From NCBI GenBank assembly GCA_050011565.1, contig JBEKIW010000001.1:448001-512000 (forward strand): a stretch of DNA of 64,000 bases, written 5' to 3'. Positions 55,694-64,000 of this stretch are shown one piece after another. Numbering within the stretch: position 1 is the first letter of the stretch; the number at the start of each line of letters is the position of its first letter. A model generated the notes under the pieces. It ran no database searches. It worked only from the letters and a program-made list of their open reading frames with translations, and was not told the DNA's origin. The stretch is from Dehalococcoidia bacterium. GTDB taxonomy: Bacteria; Chloroflexota; Dehalococcoidia; GIF9; UBA5629. Both the position numbers and the translations under genes were made by a program.

Positions 55694-58600
55694 ATGATGA
55701 CTCTAAATATTAAACCCGGTCATAAATCGGTCAAAGCATACTATGAAGCTATCAGTAGCCTCTCTGACCTTGGTGTGGCACATGAAGGCGCTGTATCACC
55801 GGCTTTTGCCTCATTAATTCGCCATTGCGCCGGTCAATTCGACCAGACACTCATTGAGAAGTACCCCTTTAAAACTGGCACGCATACCAAATTTGTTGAT
55901 GGCGCTCTGGTCGACACGTTCAACCTTGTGCATGGCTATTGGGAGGCAAAGGATACCAGCGATGACCTCGACAAAGAAATAAAGAAAAAGTTTGATGCTG
56001 GCTATCCTAAGAATAACATACTTTTTCAAGCACCAGACCGTATTGTTGTATGGCAAGATGGACAAAAGGTCTTTGATGAGGATATCTCTAAGCCAGAACT
56101 TCTCATAGAAGGTCTAAAAGTCTTCTTCGAATACGAGGCACCTGCCTTTGAGCAGTGGCAGAAGGCTGTCGAAGAATTCAAACTCAAAGTACAAGAATTA
56201 GCCACCGGCTTGCTTGGACTCATCGAAAAGGAACGCCAAACCAACAGCCTTTTTATTCAGGCATTCAACGATTTTGTTCAACTCTGCCAGGAGACCATTA
56301 ATCCCAATATCTCAATTCAGGCTGTAGAGGAGATGCTTATTCAACACCTACTTACCGAGCGCATTTTCCGCAAAGTCTTTAATAACCCCGATTTCGTTGA
56401 ACGAAATGTCATAGCCCATGAAATTGAAAAAGTCATCTCAGCTCTGACATCGCAATACTTTAGCCGCAACGAGTTCCTCAAGCCGCTTGACCGCTTCTAT
56501 GTCGCTATTGAGACGACCGCGGCCACTATCGACGATTTCTCCCAGAAGCAGAGCTTCCTTAACACGGTTTATGAAAAGTTCTTCCAGGGCTTCTCAGTCA
56601 AAGTGGCTGACACACACGGCATAGTCTATACTCCGCAGCCCATCGTGAAATTTATAGTCAAATCCGTAGAGCATATCCTGCAAAAAGAGTTTGGGCGTTC
56701 TCTCTCCGATCAGGGGGTGCATATTATTGACCCATTCGTCGGCACCGGCAATTTCATTTTGTGGGTTATGCGGGAGATGCAGCGCTCAAGATTACCCTAC
56801 AAGTATGTCAGTGAGCTCCACTGCAACGAGGTCATGCTTCTGCCCTACTACATCGCCTCGATGAATATTGAGCATGAGTATTATGAGGCTACAGGAAACT
56901 ACCAGCCGTTTGAGGGAATCTGCCTTGTTGATACCTTTGACCTTGCTAAAGTAAAGCAACTCTCGTTTTTTACTAAAGAGAACACTGCGAGAGTTAAGCG
57001 GCAGCAGAGTACACCCATTTTCGTCATCATTGGCAATCCGCCTTATAACGCCGGACAGGTAAACGAAAATGATAACAACAAGAATCGTAAATACGAGGAA
57101 ATAGATAGGCGTGTTTCACAAACCTATGGAAAGGGTTCAAAAGCCACTTTACTCAGAAAATTGAACGACCCCTACGTTAAAGCTATACGCTGGGCATCGG
57201 ACAGAATCGGTGACGAAGGAATAGTAGCCTTTGTGACCAATAATAGCTTTGTAAATGAAATTACTTTCGACAGTATGAGAAAGTGTTTAGAAGAGGATTT
57301 CAATTCCATTCATATTTTAGATTTAGGTGGCAATACTCGTAAGAACCCGAAGCTATCCGGCACCACTCACAATGTCTTCGGCATTCAAGTAGGGGTAAGT
57401 CTTAATCTCTTTGTGAAGATGAAAAGTAAATTGCCCAAGAAGGCCAAGATATATTATGCCCGGGTCGATGAACTCTGGCGCAAAGAACAGAAGTACGATT
57501 TCCTTAATGAGAAGCAGTACTTTACCAATGTGCAATGGAAAGAAGTCATACCTGACAGAAACCATACTTGGCTAACCGAAGGCTTACGAAGTGACTTTGA
57601 AACATTCATGCCGGTGGCAAAACCGAAGGTAAAAGCGGGCGGACCTGAATCATTTTCTATATTCAATACTGTTTCGCCCGGTGTTAACACCGCCCGTGAT
57701 GCACTGGTTTACCATTTTAACAGGCAAAGTCTTGAGAAGAGCGCACAACAATTTGGCGATTATTATAACTCGGAAGTGTACCGCTATATCCAAAAAAATA
57801 AACCCCAAGATATTGATAGCTTCGTGAATTACGACCATATTAAATGGAGCAGAAATCTAAAACGGCATTTGAAGAATACCGATACATTCAATTTTGATAG
57901 ACAACGTATCCGTGCAAGCCTTTACAGGCCATTTACTAAGCTGTATCTGTATTATGCAGATATCATAGTGGATGAACCTGGTATCCATGAACGATTGTTC
58001 CCCCTTCATTCTGTAGATGAAAACCATGTGATTTGTGTGAACCTGTCTGGTGAAAAGCCATTTTGCTGCTTGATGTCAAATGTAATTCCGAACTTCGTCA
58101 TGTGTGGTGGTTTCGGCGCAGCTACCGCGTGCTTCCCCTTGTTCACGTACTCGGAAGATAGCACTAACCGGCAGGACAACATAACAGATTGGGCACTAAT
58201 TCAATTTCAAGAGCACTACCAAGACAACCATATTTCAAAGCTGGATATATTCCACTATATCTATGCTGTCCTACATCACCCTCAGTACCGTGAGAAATAT
58301 GCGGCCAATTTGAAACGCGAGCTGCCGCGCATACCTTTTGCCCCCGATTTCTGGGAATTCGCCAAGGCTGGGAAGCAGCTCGCAGAGCTTCATATAAACT
58401 ATGAAGGACAAACCGAATACCCGCTTACCTGGTTAGAAAATAAAGATGCTAAGGTAAATTATCGTGTAGAGAGAATGACCCTGTCCAAGGACAAAACGCA
58501 TATTGTCTACAATGACTTTCTCACTTTGGATGGTATCCCTCCGGAGGTTTTTGAATACCGTTTGGGCAACCGCTCTGCTCTCGATTGGATTATTGACCAG

Positions 58601-58750
58601 TATCAAATAAGTACCGATAAAAGAAGTGGCATAGTCAATGACCCAAACAGGGTCGACGACTCCCAGTACATCATACGTCTTATTGGTAAAGTAGTTTCGG
58701 TTAGCTTGAACACTGTTAAGATAGTTAATTCTTTACCCGGACTCTTTTAG
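55694..58750 (+). CDS. Single-chain restriction-modification enzyme (type IIG with ISP-like C-terminal specificity domain)
   Basis: VDG...YWEAKD nuclease motif, GIVYTP, IDPFVGTG, IGNPPY, YRPF, YAVLHHPQYREKYAANLKRELPRIP. Confidence 0.88.
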   Translation: MMTLNIKPGHKSVKAYYEAISSLSDLGVAHEGAVSPAFASLIRHCAGQFDQTLIEKYPFKTGTHTKFVDGALVDTFNLVHGYWEAKDTSDDLDKEIKKKFDAGYPKNNILFQAPDRIVVWQDGQKVFDEDISKPELLIEGLKVFFEYEAPAFEQWQKAVEEFKLKVQELATGLLGLIEKERQTNSLFIQAFNDFVQLCQETINPNISIQAVEEMLIQHLLTERIFRKVFNNPDFVERNVIAHEIEKVISALTSQYFSRNEFLKPLDRFYVAIETTAATIDDFSQKQSFLNTVYEKFFQGFSVKVADTHGIVYTPQPIVKFIVKSVEHILQKEFGRSLSDQGVHIIDPFVGTGNFILWVMREMQRSRLPYKYVSELHCNEVMLLPYYIASMNIEHEYYEATGNYQPFEGICLVDTFDLAKVKQLSFFTKENTARVKRQQSTPIFVIIGNPPYNAGQVNENDNNKNRKYEEIDRRVSQTYGKGSKATLLRKLNDPYVKAIRWASDRIGDEGIVAFVTNNSFVNEITFDSMRKCLEEDFNSIHILDLGGNTRKNPKLSGTTHNVFGIQVGVSLNLFVKMKSKLPKKAKIYYARVDELWRKEQKYDFLNEKQYFTNVQWKEVIPDRNHTWLTEGLRSDFETFMPVAKPKVKAGGPESFSIFNTVSPGVNTARDALVYHFNRQSLEKSAQQFGDYYNSEVYRYIQKNKPQDIDSFVNYDHIKWSRNLKRHLKNTDTFNFDRQRIRASLYRPFTKLYLYYADIIVDEPGIHERLFPLHSVDENHVICVNLSGEKPFCCLMSNVIPNFVMCGGFGAATACFPLFTYSEDSTNRQDNITDWALIQFQEHYQDNHISKLDIFHYIYAVLHHPQYREKYAANLKRELPRIPFAPDFWEFAKAGKQLAELHINYEGQTEYPLTWLENKDAKVNYRVERMTLSKDKTHIVYNDFLTLDGIPPEVFEYRLGNRSALDWIIDQYQISTDKRSGIVNDPNRVDDSQYIIRLIGKVVSVSLNTVKIVNSLPGLF

Positions 58751-58834
58751 TAACTTCATAATGAGGAGGTGGATAAGATTGTGGCAACATGAAGTCGAGC
58801 AATATTAAATTGCATATTTAGGAGGGTCCCTTCA

Positions 58835-60301
58835 ATGCCGAAAGAAGAAAGACGTATATTAACTGAGGAAGAGAAAAAAGAGCTACTTGAAAAACACAAA
58901 AATTGCTATATCTGCAATGACCCGCTAGAAGGCTACAACAGAGAGGAAATTCAATTTGACCACATTTACAGCTATGGTGATGGTTATCCGCAGGACTTGA
59001 GTAACTTTGCCCCGGTACATGCATCACCGGATGAACGGAAACTTAATTGCCACGCTGCAAAGGGTAGAAAGACGCCTATTGATTATCGAGAGGAAGTGAG
59101 AATTAAAAGGTGCCTCAAGAGCGTACAAGGTTTTGCGGATTTATGCCCATCTGCAGTTCCGTCTGTTTACTCTATATCAACAGATAATAGAACAATAACG
59201 TTCAACGGTGTCCAGTTACCATTGTACAACCAGAAGATTGGAGTTAAGGATCACTATTATTTTTTTCACGAAATAGAAACGAAATACATTGAGAATGATA
59301 ACGAAATCCAGCTGCGGCCTCTTGATGATAATAAAATACTACCCCTTATATTTAACCTCAAATCATCGACTCAACTTTTGCCTTCTCTTACTCGCCTCGA
59401 CCCGGATACAAAAACCCTTAAGCTTTTCGATGGTCAACACAAGGCTGTGGCCCAAATGATCGGAAATAACAAAGACCGCATATCCTGCTTAGTATTTGTT
59501 TCCCCTGATGTCAATGCTCTGCGAGTAACGGTATATGAGGCACACACTGATTTTGTTCAGCAACGCTATAAGAAATCACACATTGATGCCAAGCTAGCCG
59601 ACATATATGGACAAAAAATTGAGGCTTTTAGGAAAAGGTGTGGTGACCCACAGGCCCCATATTCTGAGGCAGATATTCTCAGCGGCGAATCCGTCCCAGC
59701 CATCAGAAGCTTTATACTCTCTTCCATCCTTAAAGAAATCAACATCGAGACGGATATCATTCGTTTGTATGGTGCTGAAAGTCGCACTGATCAGAAGCAA
59801 CAACCTATTCTGTGGCAGAGCATTGAAAGATTCATTTCAAAATTCTGTAATCTCTCAGCGGTAGGGGACTTATCTGAAAGTGATACTAATTACCGATCAG
59901 ACGAAATTGATAATTTGATTTTTCTTTTAAGACTAATCGAAGAATACGCAATTACGGACAAGTGGGACCCTAATAATCCAACATCTAAGCACCATAAAAT
60001 GTCGCGAACCTTCTTCTATCGAACGGCATTCAATAATTGGCTCAACACATTAGAGGAAGGGCTTCGGTTTAGCCTTGAGCAGATGAGAGGCAGTAAAGTT
60101 TATGGCTCACTTTGTTATCGACCAAGTTTCCCTCCCGAAGTGCGTAGTAGGTTTAGTGCCATAGCTAAACGCTTGTTCGACCATCCTCTATGGGTTCAAG
60201 AAGCTATACAAGACGAAATTGCGAAAACGAACCAGGATGTTGTAGTAACAAACATCTTTATGCGTGAGGGTTTAGACTACATTTACATAACCAAGCTATG
60301 A
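58835..60301 (+). CDS. HNH endonuclease fused to a DGQHR/ParB-like domain
   Basis: CYIC...FDHIYSY...SNF..VH...NCHAAKG at the N-terminus; IQLRPL...LKLFDGQHKAVA in the centre. Confidence 0.72.
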   Translation: MPKEERRILTEEEKKELLEKHKNCYICNDPLEGYNREEIQFDHIYSYGDGYPQDLSNFAPVHASPDERKLNCHAAKGRKTPIDYREEVRIKRCLKSVQGFADLCPSAVPSVYSISTDNRTITFNGVQLPLYNQKIGVKDHYYFFHEIETKYIENDNEIQLRPLDDNKILPLIFNLKSSTQLLPSLTRLDPDTKTLKLFDGQHKAVAQMIGNNKDRISCLVFVSPDVNALRVTVYEAHTDFVQQRYKKSHIDAKLADIYGQKIEAFRKRCGDPQAPYSEADILSGESVPAIRSFILSSILKEINIETDIIRLYGAESRTDQKQQPILWQSIERFISKFCNLSAVGDLSESDTNYRSDEIDNLIFLLRLIEEYAITDKWDPNNPTSKHHKMSRTFFYRTAFNNWLNTLEEGLRFSLEQMRGSKVYGSLCYRPSFPPEVRSRFSAIAKRLFDHPLWVQEAIQDEIAKTNQDVVVTNIFMREGLDYIYITKL

Positions 60302-60511
60302 GGATGCCTATACGATGTCTTATCTCCATCCTCGTACTTCTACGGCTGAACATTCCGTCATCCTGTTTAACACGTGTCGGGATATTGGTATTGCGTACAT
60401 AGAACCTCAGTGCTACAATCCGAGTGAAATAAACCTAGTAGAGGTCGTTCGGCAGACCATGATGGGGCAACCAACAATAAGTAACCGTTTTGCAATTTAC
60501 GACCACATTTA

Positions 60512-61321
60512 ATGGCTAGCCAAATGGATAAGCTAACACAAGCGCAACAGGCTAAGAATACCATAGAATCTTTTCTTAAGTTGTTCAATGAATATGCTGA
60601 CGAAATCTTTGGTGAAAGAAGAAGAGACCGTCTTGACAACCTCCGGACAAAATTGCAGCAACTATCACCTAAAGTAACTGGGCTAGTGTTAGAAATAGTG
60701 GGTAACGGAGCAGTCAGCACAGGCGGCACATACGGCGTCGCATCTCAAGCAATCTCTCACGGAGCTTTGCTTCTCACTGCGCTGATGGGTGGGCATAATG
60801 AGACGAAATACAATTTCTATGAGTTTAAGGCACCTGTGACGGCGTTGTTGAACACAGCTCTTGGAACAATAGAGGCAGGAATTTGGCCTCGGGAAGAGCC
60901 TAATCCCATATTAGTTATTAAGGATAGTGGACTTCGGAGCCGTTGTCTGGACCTGCTGAGGGCTCCGACAGCATATGACAGAGTGATTCGAGAAGCAACA
61001 ACTATTTTAGAAGACCGCATCCGGAGCAAGCCATCACATGCAACATTGGCTCGCTTGATTCCTCAAGCTAATGACCAGGTTGGTGAAAATCTTGTGAATA
61101 AGTTATTTTCACCCGACAATCCCGTTTTGGTGGTCAGTAGTGAAAGACAGAAACAGGCCTCATTTCATCGTATAATGCTTGGCGTATTTTCTTATCTCAG
61201 AAATCCATACCACCATAAACTTGACCCCGTTACGGAATGGTCATGGGCATGGTCTACTGTCGGTCTAATAGATAGGTTGTTGGCAGAGATTGAAGGGTGT
61301 TCTGTGAATGAGCGAATATAG
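60512..61321 (+). CDS. TIGR02391 family protein
   Basis: YDRVIREATTILEDRIR...GENLVNKLFSP...GVFSYLRNPYHH (RxxxxH). Confidence 0.78.
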   Translation: MASQMDKLTQAQQAKNTIESFLKLFNEYADEIFGERRRDRLDNLRTKLQQLSPKVTGLVLEIVGNGAVSTGGTYGVASQAISHGALLLTALMGGHNETKYNFYEFKAPVTALLNTALGTIEAGIWPREEPNPILVIKDSGLRSRCLDLLRAPTAYDRVIREATTILEDRIRSKPSHATLARLIPQANDQVGENLVNKLFSPDNPVLVVSSERQKQASFHRIMLGVFSYLRNPYHHKLDPVTEWSWAWSTVGLIDRLLAEIEGCSVNERI

Positions 61322-61368
61322 GTATTCGTAAGACTAAACAATAAGCCAAAAGGTGTTTTCTTATTCCC

Positions 61369-61608
61369 TCAGCCGACCCGGATGCATAGGCAGGTAACCG
61401 TTCTATTGATGCCTGAGATATTATGTATCTTTGTAGCAACAACGTTACCTATGGTGTTAAGGTCGGCTCCTTCAATCGTGACAATAATGTCATAGGGTCC
61501 AGTCACTGTGTCAACGCTCTTTATCGCCGCTAGTTTTTGCAAAGCACTAAAGACTTCTTTGGTCTTACCCACTGCTGTTTCAATTAGGGCAAAAGCCTTT
61601 GCTTCCAT
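61369..61608 (-). CDS. Lrp/AsnC ligand-binding domain protein
   Basis: MEAKAFALIE...VTGPYDIIV...I..ISGINRTVTC; GGAGG/GAGG RBS. Confidence 0.85.
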   Translation of the reverse strand: MEAKAFALIETAVGKTKEVFSALQKLAAIKSVDTVTGPYDIIVTIEGADLNTIGNVVATKIHNISGINRTVTCLCIRVG

Positions 61609-62173
61609 ACTACCTCGCCTCCTTGATTGTGATAACTTGCTATTTCCAGTTGATACGCTATTATGGCCCCATTTACTGGACAAATGCAATGGTGATATGT
61701 CTCATGACTGTTACAAGCCCAAATACTGCAACCCTCGTAATCCATTACAAGCCTTTTGGGCAGGGATTTCAATCGCAAACTCAACATTTCATCGTTTTGT
61801 TACACTCGTTACTAGCCCACCCTGCTGTAGAATTTTGGCTGGACTTTCGCACATCCCCATTGAACACCAAGGGGAAGGATAGCTTCTTCAGCCCTGACCC
61901 CAACTGAATGAAAAAGAGATCATAAAACACATGGGCGTAATTCACAGTAACGCCAACTCCAACGCCAGTTTAGCTACAGCCTACGGTCTAACTACGATGC
62001 AAAACAGCGGTCTACTAGTTCTATGTAATAGTGGAGGGAGGCTTAAAATTACATCGATTATCTGAAAGCAGGCGTGAGCAAGGGTCATAAATATTGACCT
62101 TGCCAGTCCTCGATGCTATTTTGCGTTACAGTCAATCTTTTCACTACAATGAGGCAGTTTTTAGGAGGCAGGA

Positions 62174-63142
62174 ATGACAAAGATCAATACCGTCCTCGGC
62201 ACAGTCCCCGCTGACCGGATGGGACCCACACTAATGCACGAGCACATGGTACTGGCCTACCCGGGATGGGAACATGATGCACTGGCACAACCACTTGATC
62301 TCAAGGAACTAGCAACTACCTGCGCTGAGGCCCTGGGTGAGGTCAAGAAGTATGGGATCAAAACCGTAGTGGACGCCACGCCCTGCGACCTATGGAGGAA
62401 CATAGAGCTTGACAAGATGGTTGCGGAGAAGACCGGGTTGAATATTATCTGCGCCACGGGCATGTACTACGAGGCCGAGGGCATGCCGGCCTATCTCAAG
62501 TTCCGCAGCCAGGTAATGGATATCACGGCTGAACTGCACGAATCTTTCATGCATGAACTTACGGTGGGCATAGGCAAAACTGGTGTAAAAGCCGGTGTAA
62601 TCAAGGTGGCAACGAGCCATGGCTGCATCACTCCTTACGAGGAAAAGGTACTCAAGGCGGCTGCCAAATCCCAAAAAGAGACCGGGGTGCCGATATTGAC
62701 GCATACGCAACAGGGCACTATGGGGTCCGAGCAGGCATCGCTGCTGACGGGCGAAGGTGTGGACCCGAAAAAGGTAGTGATCGGGCACATGTGCGGCAAC
62801 GCCAGCCTGGACTACCAGATGTCGGTGATCGATAAGGGCGTCTACGTCGGCTTCGACCGGTGGGGTATCGATTTACTCTTTCCCGATAACCTGCGCAGGG
62901 CTACGGTGCTTGACTTGCTCAGGCTGGGGTTCGCCGACAGAATTCTGCTCTCTCAGGACTGCAACGCACGTGTCCTGGGGCGGAAATTGGTCATGCCTGA
63001 TTCCATACAGGCACTCCTCGCCAACTGGTCTTATACCCATATATTCAAGAACATCATCCCGCAGCTTAAACAGGCTGGAGTGACCGATGCACAGGTAGGC
63101 CAGATGCTGGTGGAGAACCCAAAGAGGATCTTCGGCGGGTAA
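62174..63142 (+). CDS. Phosphotriesterase-related amidohydrolase
   Basis: TLMHEH, GVIKVA, ILTHT, VIGHM, LLSQD, NPKRIF. Confidence 0.92.
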   Translation: MTKINTVLGTVPADRMGPTLMHEHMVLAYPGWEHDALAQPLDLKELATTCAEALGEVKKYGIKTVVDATPCDLWRNIELDKMVAEKTGLNIICATGMYYEAEGMPAYLKFRSQVMDITAELHESFMHELTVGIGKTGVKAGVIKVATSHGCITPYEEKVLKAAAKSQKETGVPILTHTQQGTMGSEQASLLTGEGVDPKKVVIGHMCGNASLDYQMSVIDKGVYVGFDRWGIDLLFPDNLRRATVLDLLRLGFADRILLSQDCNARVLGRKLVMPDSIQALLANWSYTHIFKNIIPQLKQAGVTDAQVGQMLVENPKRIFGG

Positions 63143-63210
63143 TTATTATTGGTTGCGTGAGTGTGGGGCGATTACACGACCCTATCTAAGTTTAACTAAT
63201 CCGTTAAAAA

Positions 63211-63675
63211 TTAACTCCGGCTGGGCAGTACAACGGTAGCCGTGCCCGGAGTCGTCACCTCGCCCTTGCCGTTTTCAATCCAGATATCGCAGTCCACGTA
63301 ATGCTGGCCACCCTCGTCGTATTTTTTTGTCACCTTCCCCTTGCAGTGCCAGGTATCACCCTCCTCGGGTGTAAACGGTGTCGCCATTTTGCGCGGCCAG
63401 TCCATCGCCCGGTAGCTACAGGAGAACTTCCTAAGCATCCCCTGCTCGCCCATCCAGTCGGTCATTAGCTGGACCAGCCACTGGCGTTTTAAGGCACCGT
63501 GGACAATCGGGCTGCCCACTCCCTGAGAAGCCGCAAAGGCGGCATCGTAGTGAAGCGGGTTGAAGTCTCCCGAAGCGCCAGCCCATTTAACCAGCATCAG
63601 GGTGGTAGCTACTTTAGGTAACGGCGTTACCTCATCGTTGACATTAACATCTTCCCAGAATTTCTGCTTTACCAT
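63211..63675 (-). CDS. MaoC family dehydratase
   Basis: WAGASGDFNPLHYD...IVHG. Confidence 0.9.
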   Translation of the reverse strand: MVKQKFWEDVNVNDEVTPLPKVATTLMLVKWAGASGDFNPLHYDAAFAASQGVGSPIVHGALKRQWLVQLMTDWMGEQGMLRKFSCSYRAMDWPRKMATPFTPEEGDTWHCKGKVTKKYDEGGQHYVDCDIWIENGKGEVTTPGTATVVLPSRS

Positions 63676-63702
63676 CTATTTCCTCCTGAAAGTGATGGGG
63701 AT

Positions 63703-64000
63703 TTAGCGATAAATCGCAGTGGCACGCGCCATAGCTGCCAGCTCGTTACTCTGATTATGATAAGCCGTCTCGATAATCATGAAAGCCATCTTGCCTGTTT
63801 TGCCTTCCCGCTCACGGATGTCTTTAATGAAGGATTTGGCTGTCAGAACGTCACCGGCGCGTACCGGCCGGAAAAATTCGTACTCTATGCCGCCGTCGAC
63901 GACACGCCAGAAGCCGGCTTTCGCCAATGCCGCCCTCAGGTTTTCTGCCACCTCAGGAGGGTCGACTATTTCTGCGGGTGTTTGTAACGTCATACCTCTG
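63703..64000 (-). CDS. MaoC/FAS1-like dehydratase subunit, 5' part outside the window
   Basis: DGGIEYEFFRPVRAGDVL...YHNQ; adjacent to the MaoC partner. Confidence 0.8.
   Translation of the reverse strand, partial: RGMTLQTPAEIVDPPEVAENLRAALAKAGFWRVVDGGIEYEFFRPVRAGDVLTAKSFIKDIREREGKTGKMAFMIIETAYHNQSNELAAMARATAIYR

Overview
64-kb accessory/high-plasticity region of an anaerobic bacterium, probably Dehalococcoidia (Chloroflexota). The taxonomy is inferred from DUF5679 genes, an archaellin-like remnant and the gene repertoire. I see no rRNA, intact tRNA, integrase or CRISPR array. Left to right: (1) DUF1254/DUF1214 pair, UPF0489 gene and a basic micro-peptide/PD-(D/E)XK-like pair, next to a ~700-bp non-coding array of helically phased 11-mers arranged in opposite orientations around a 37-bp palindrome (4616-5321). 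(2) A coupled DNA methyltransferase-HerA-NurA operon converging on an Mre11/Rad50 (SbcD/SbcC, Rv1277/Rv1278-like) pair (7168-15565), which is the best candidate for an undescribed defence/restriction system. (3) A 13.3-kb catabolic block (uncharacterised glycyl radical enzyme, activase, Liv-type ABC transporter, FAD oxidoreductase, acyl-CoA ligase) bounded by direct repeats of a tRNA-Thr 3' end, followed by a tRNA-Val 3' fragment. (4) A glycosyltransferase/ArsS (arsenosugar-type) cluster and an SCP2-ADH-AOR operon. Two genes here are cut short by the ORF track and probably contain three selenocysteine UGA codons, all with the same SECIS geometry; one is a two-Sec C-GCAxxG-C-C/glutaredoxin fusion. 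(5) A second defence-like island (AAA_21+DUF4276 between 38-bp direct repeats, UDG-fold protein, IIG/ISP-like R-M enzyme, HNH-DGQHK fusion, TIGR02391). (6) Housekeeping-type genes at the right edge. All family assignments come from motif recognition by eye, not database searches.
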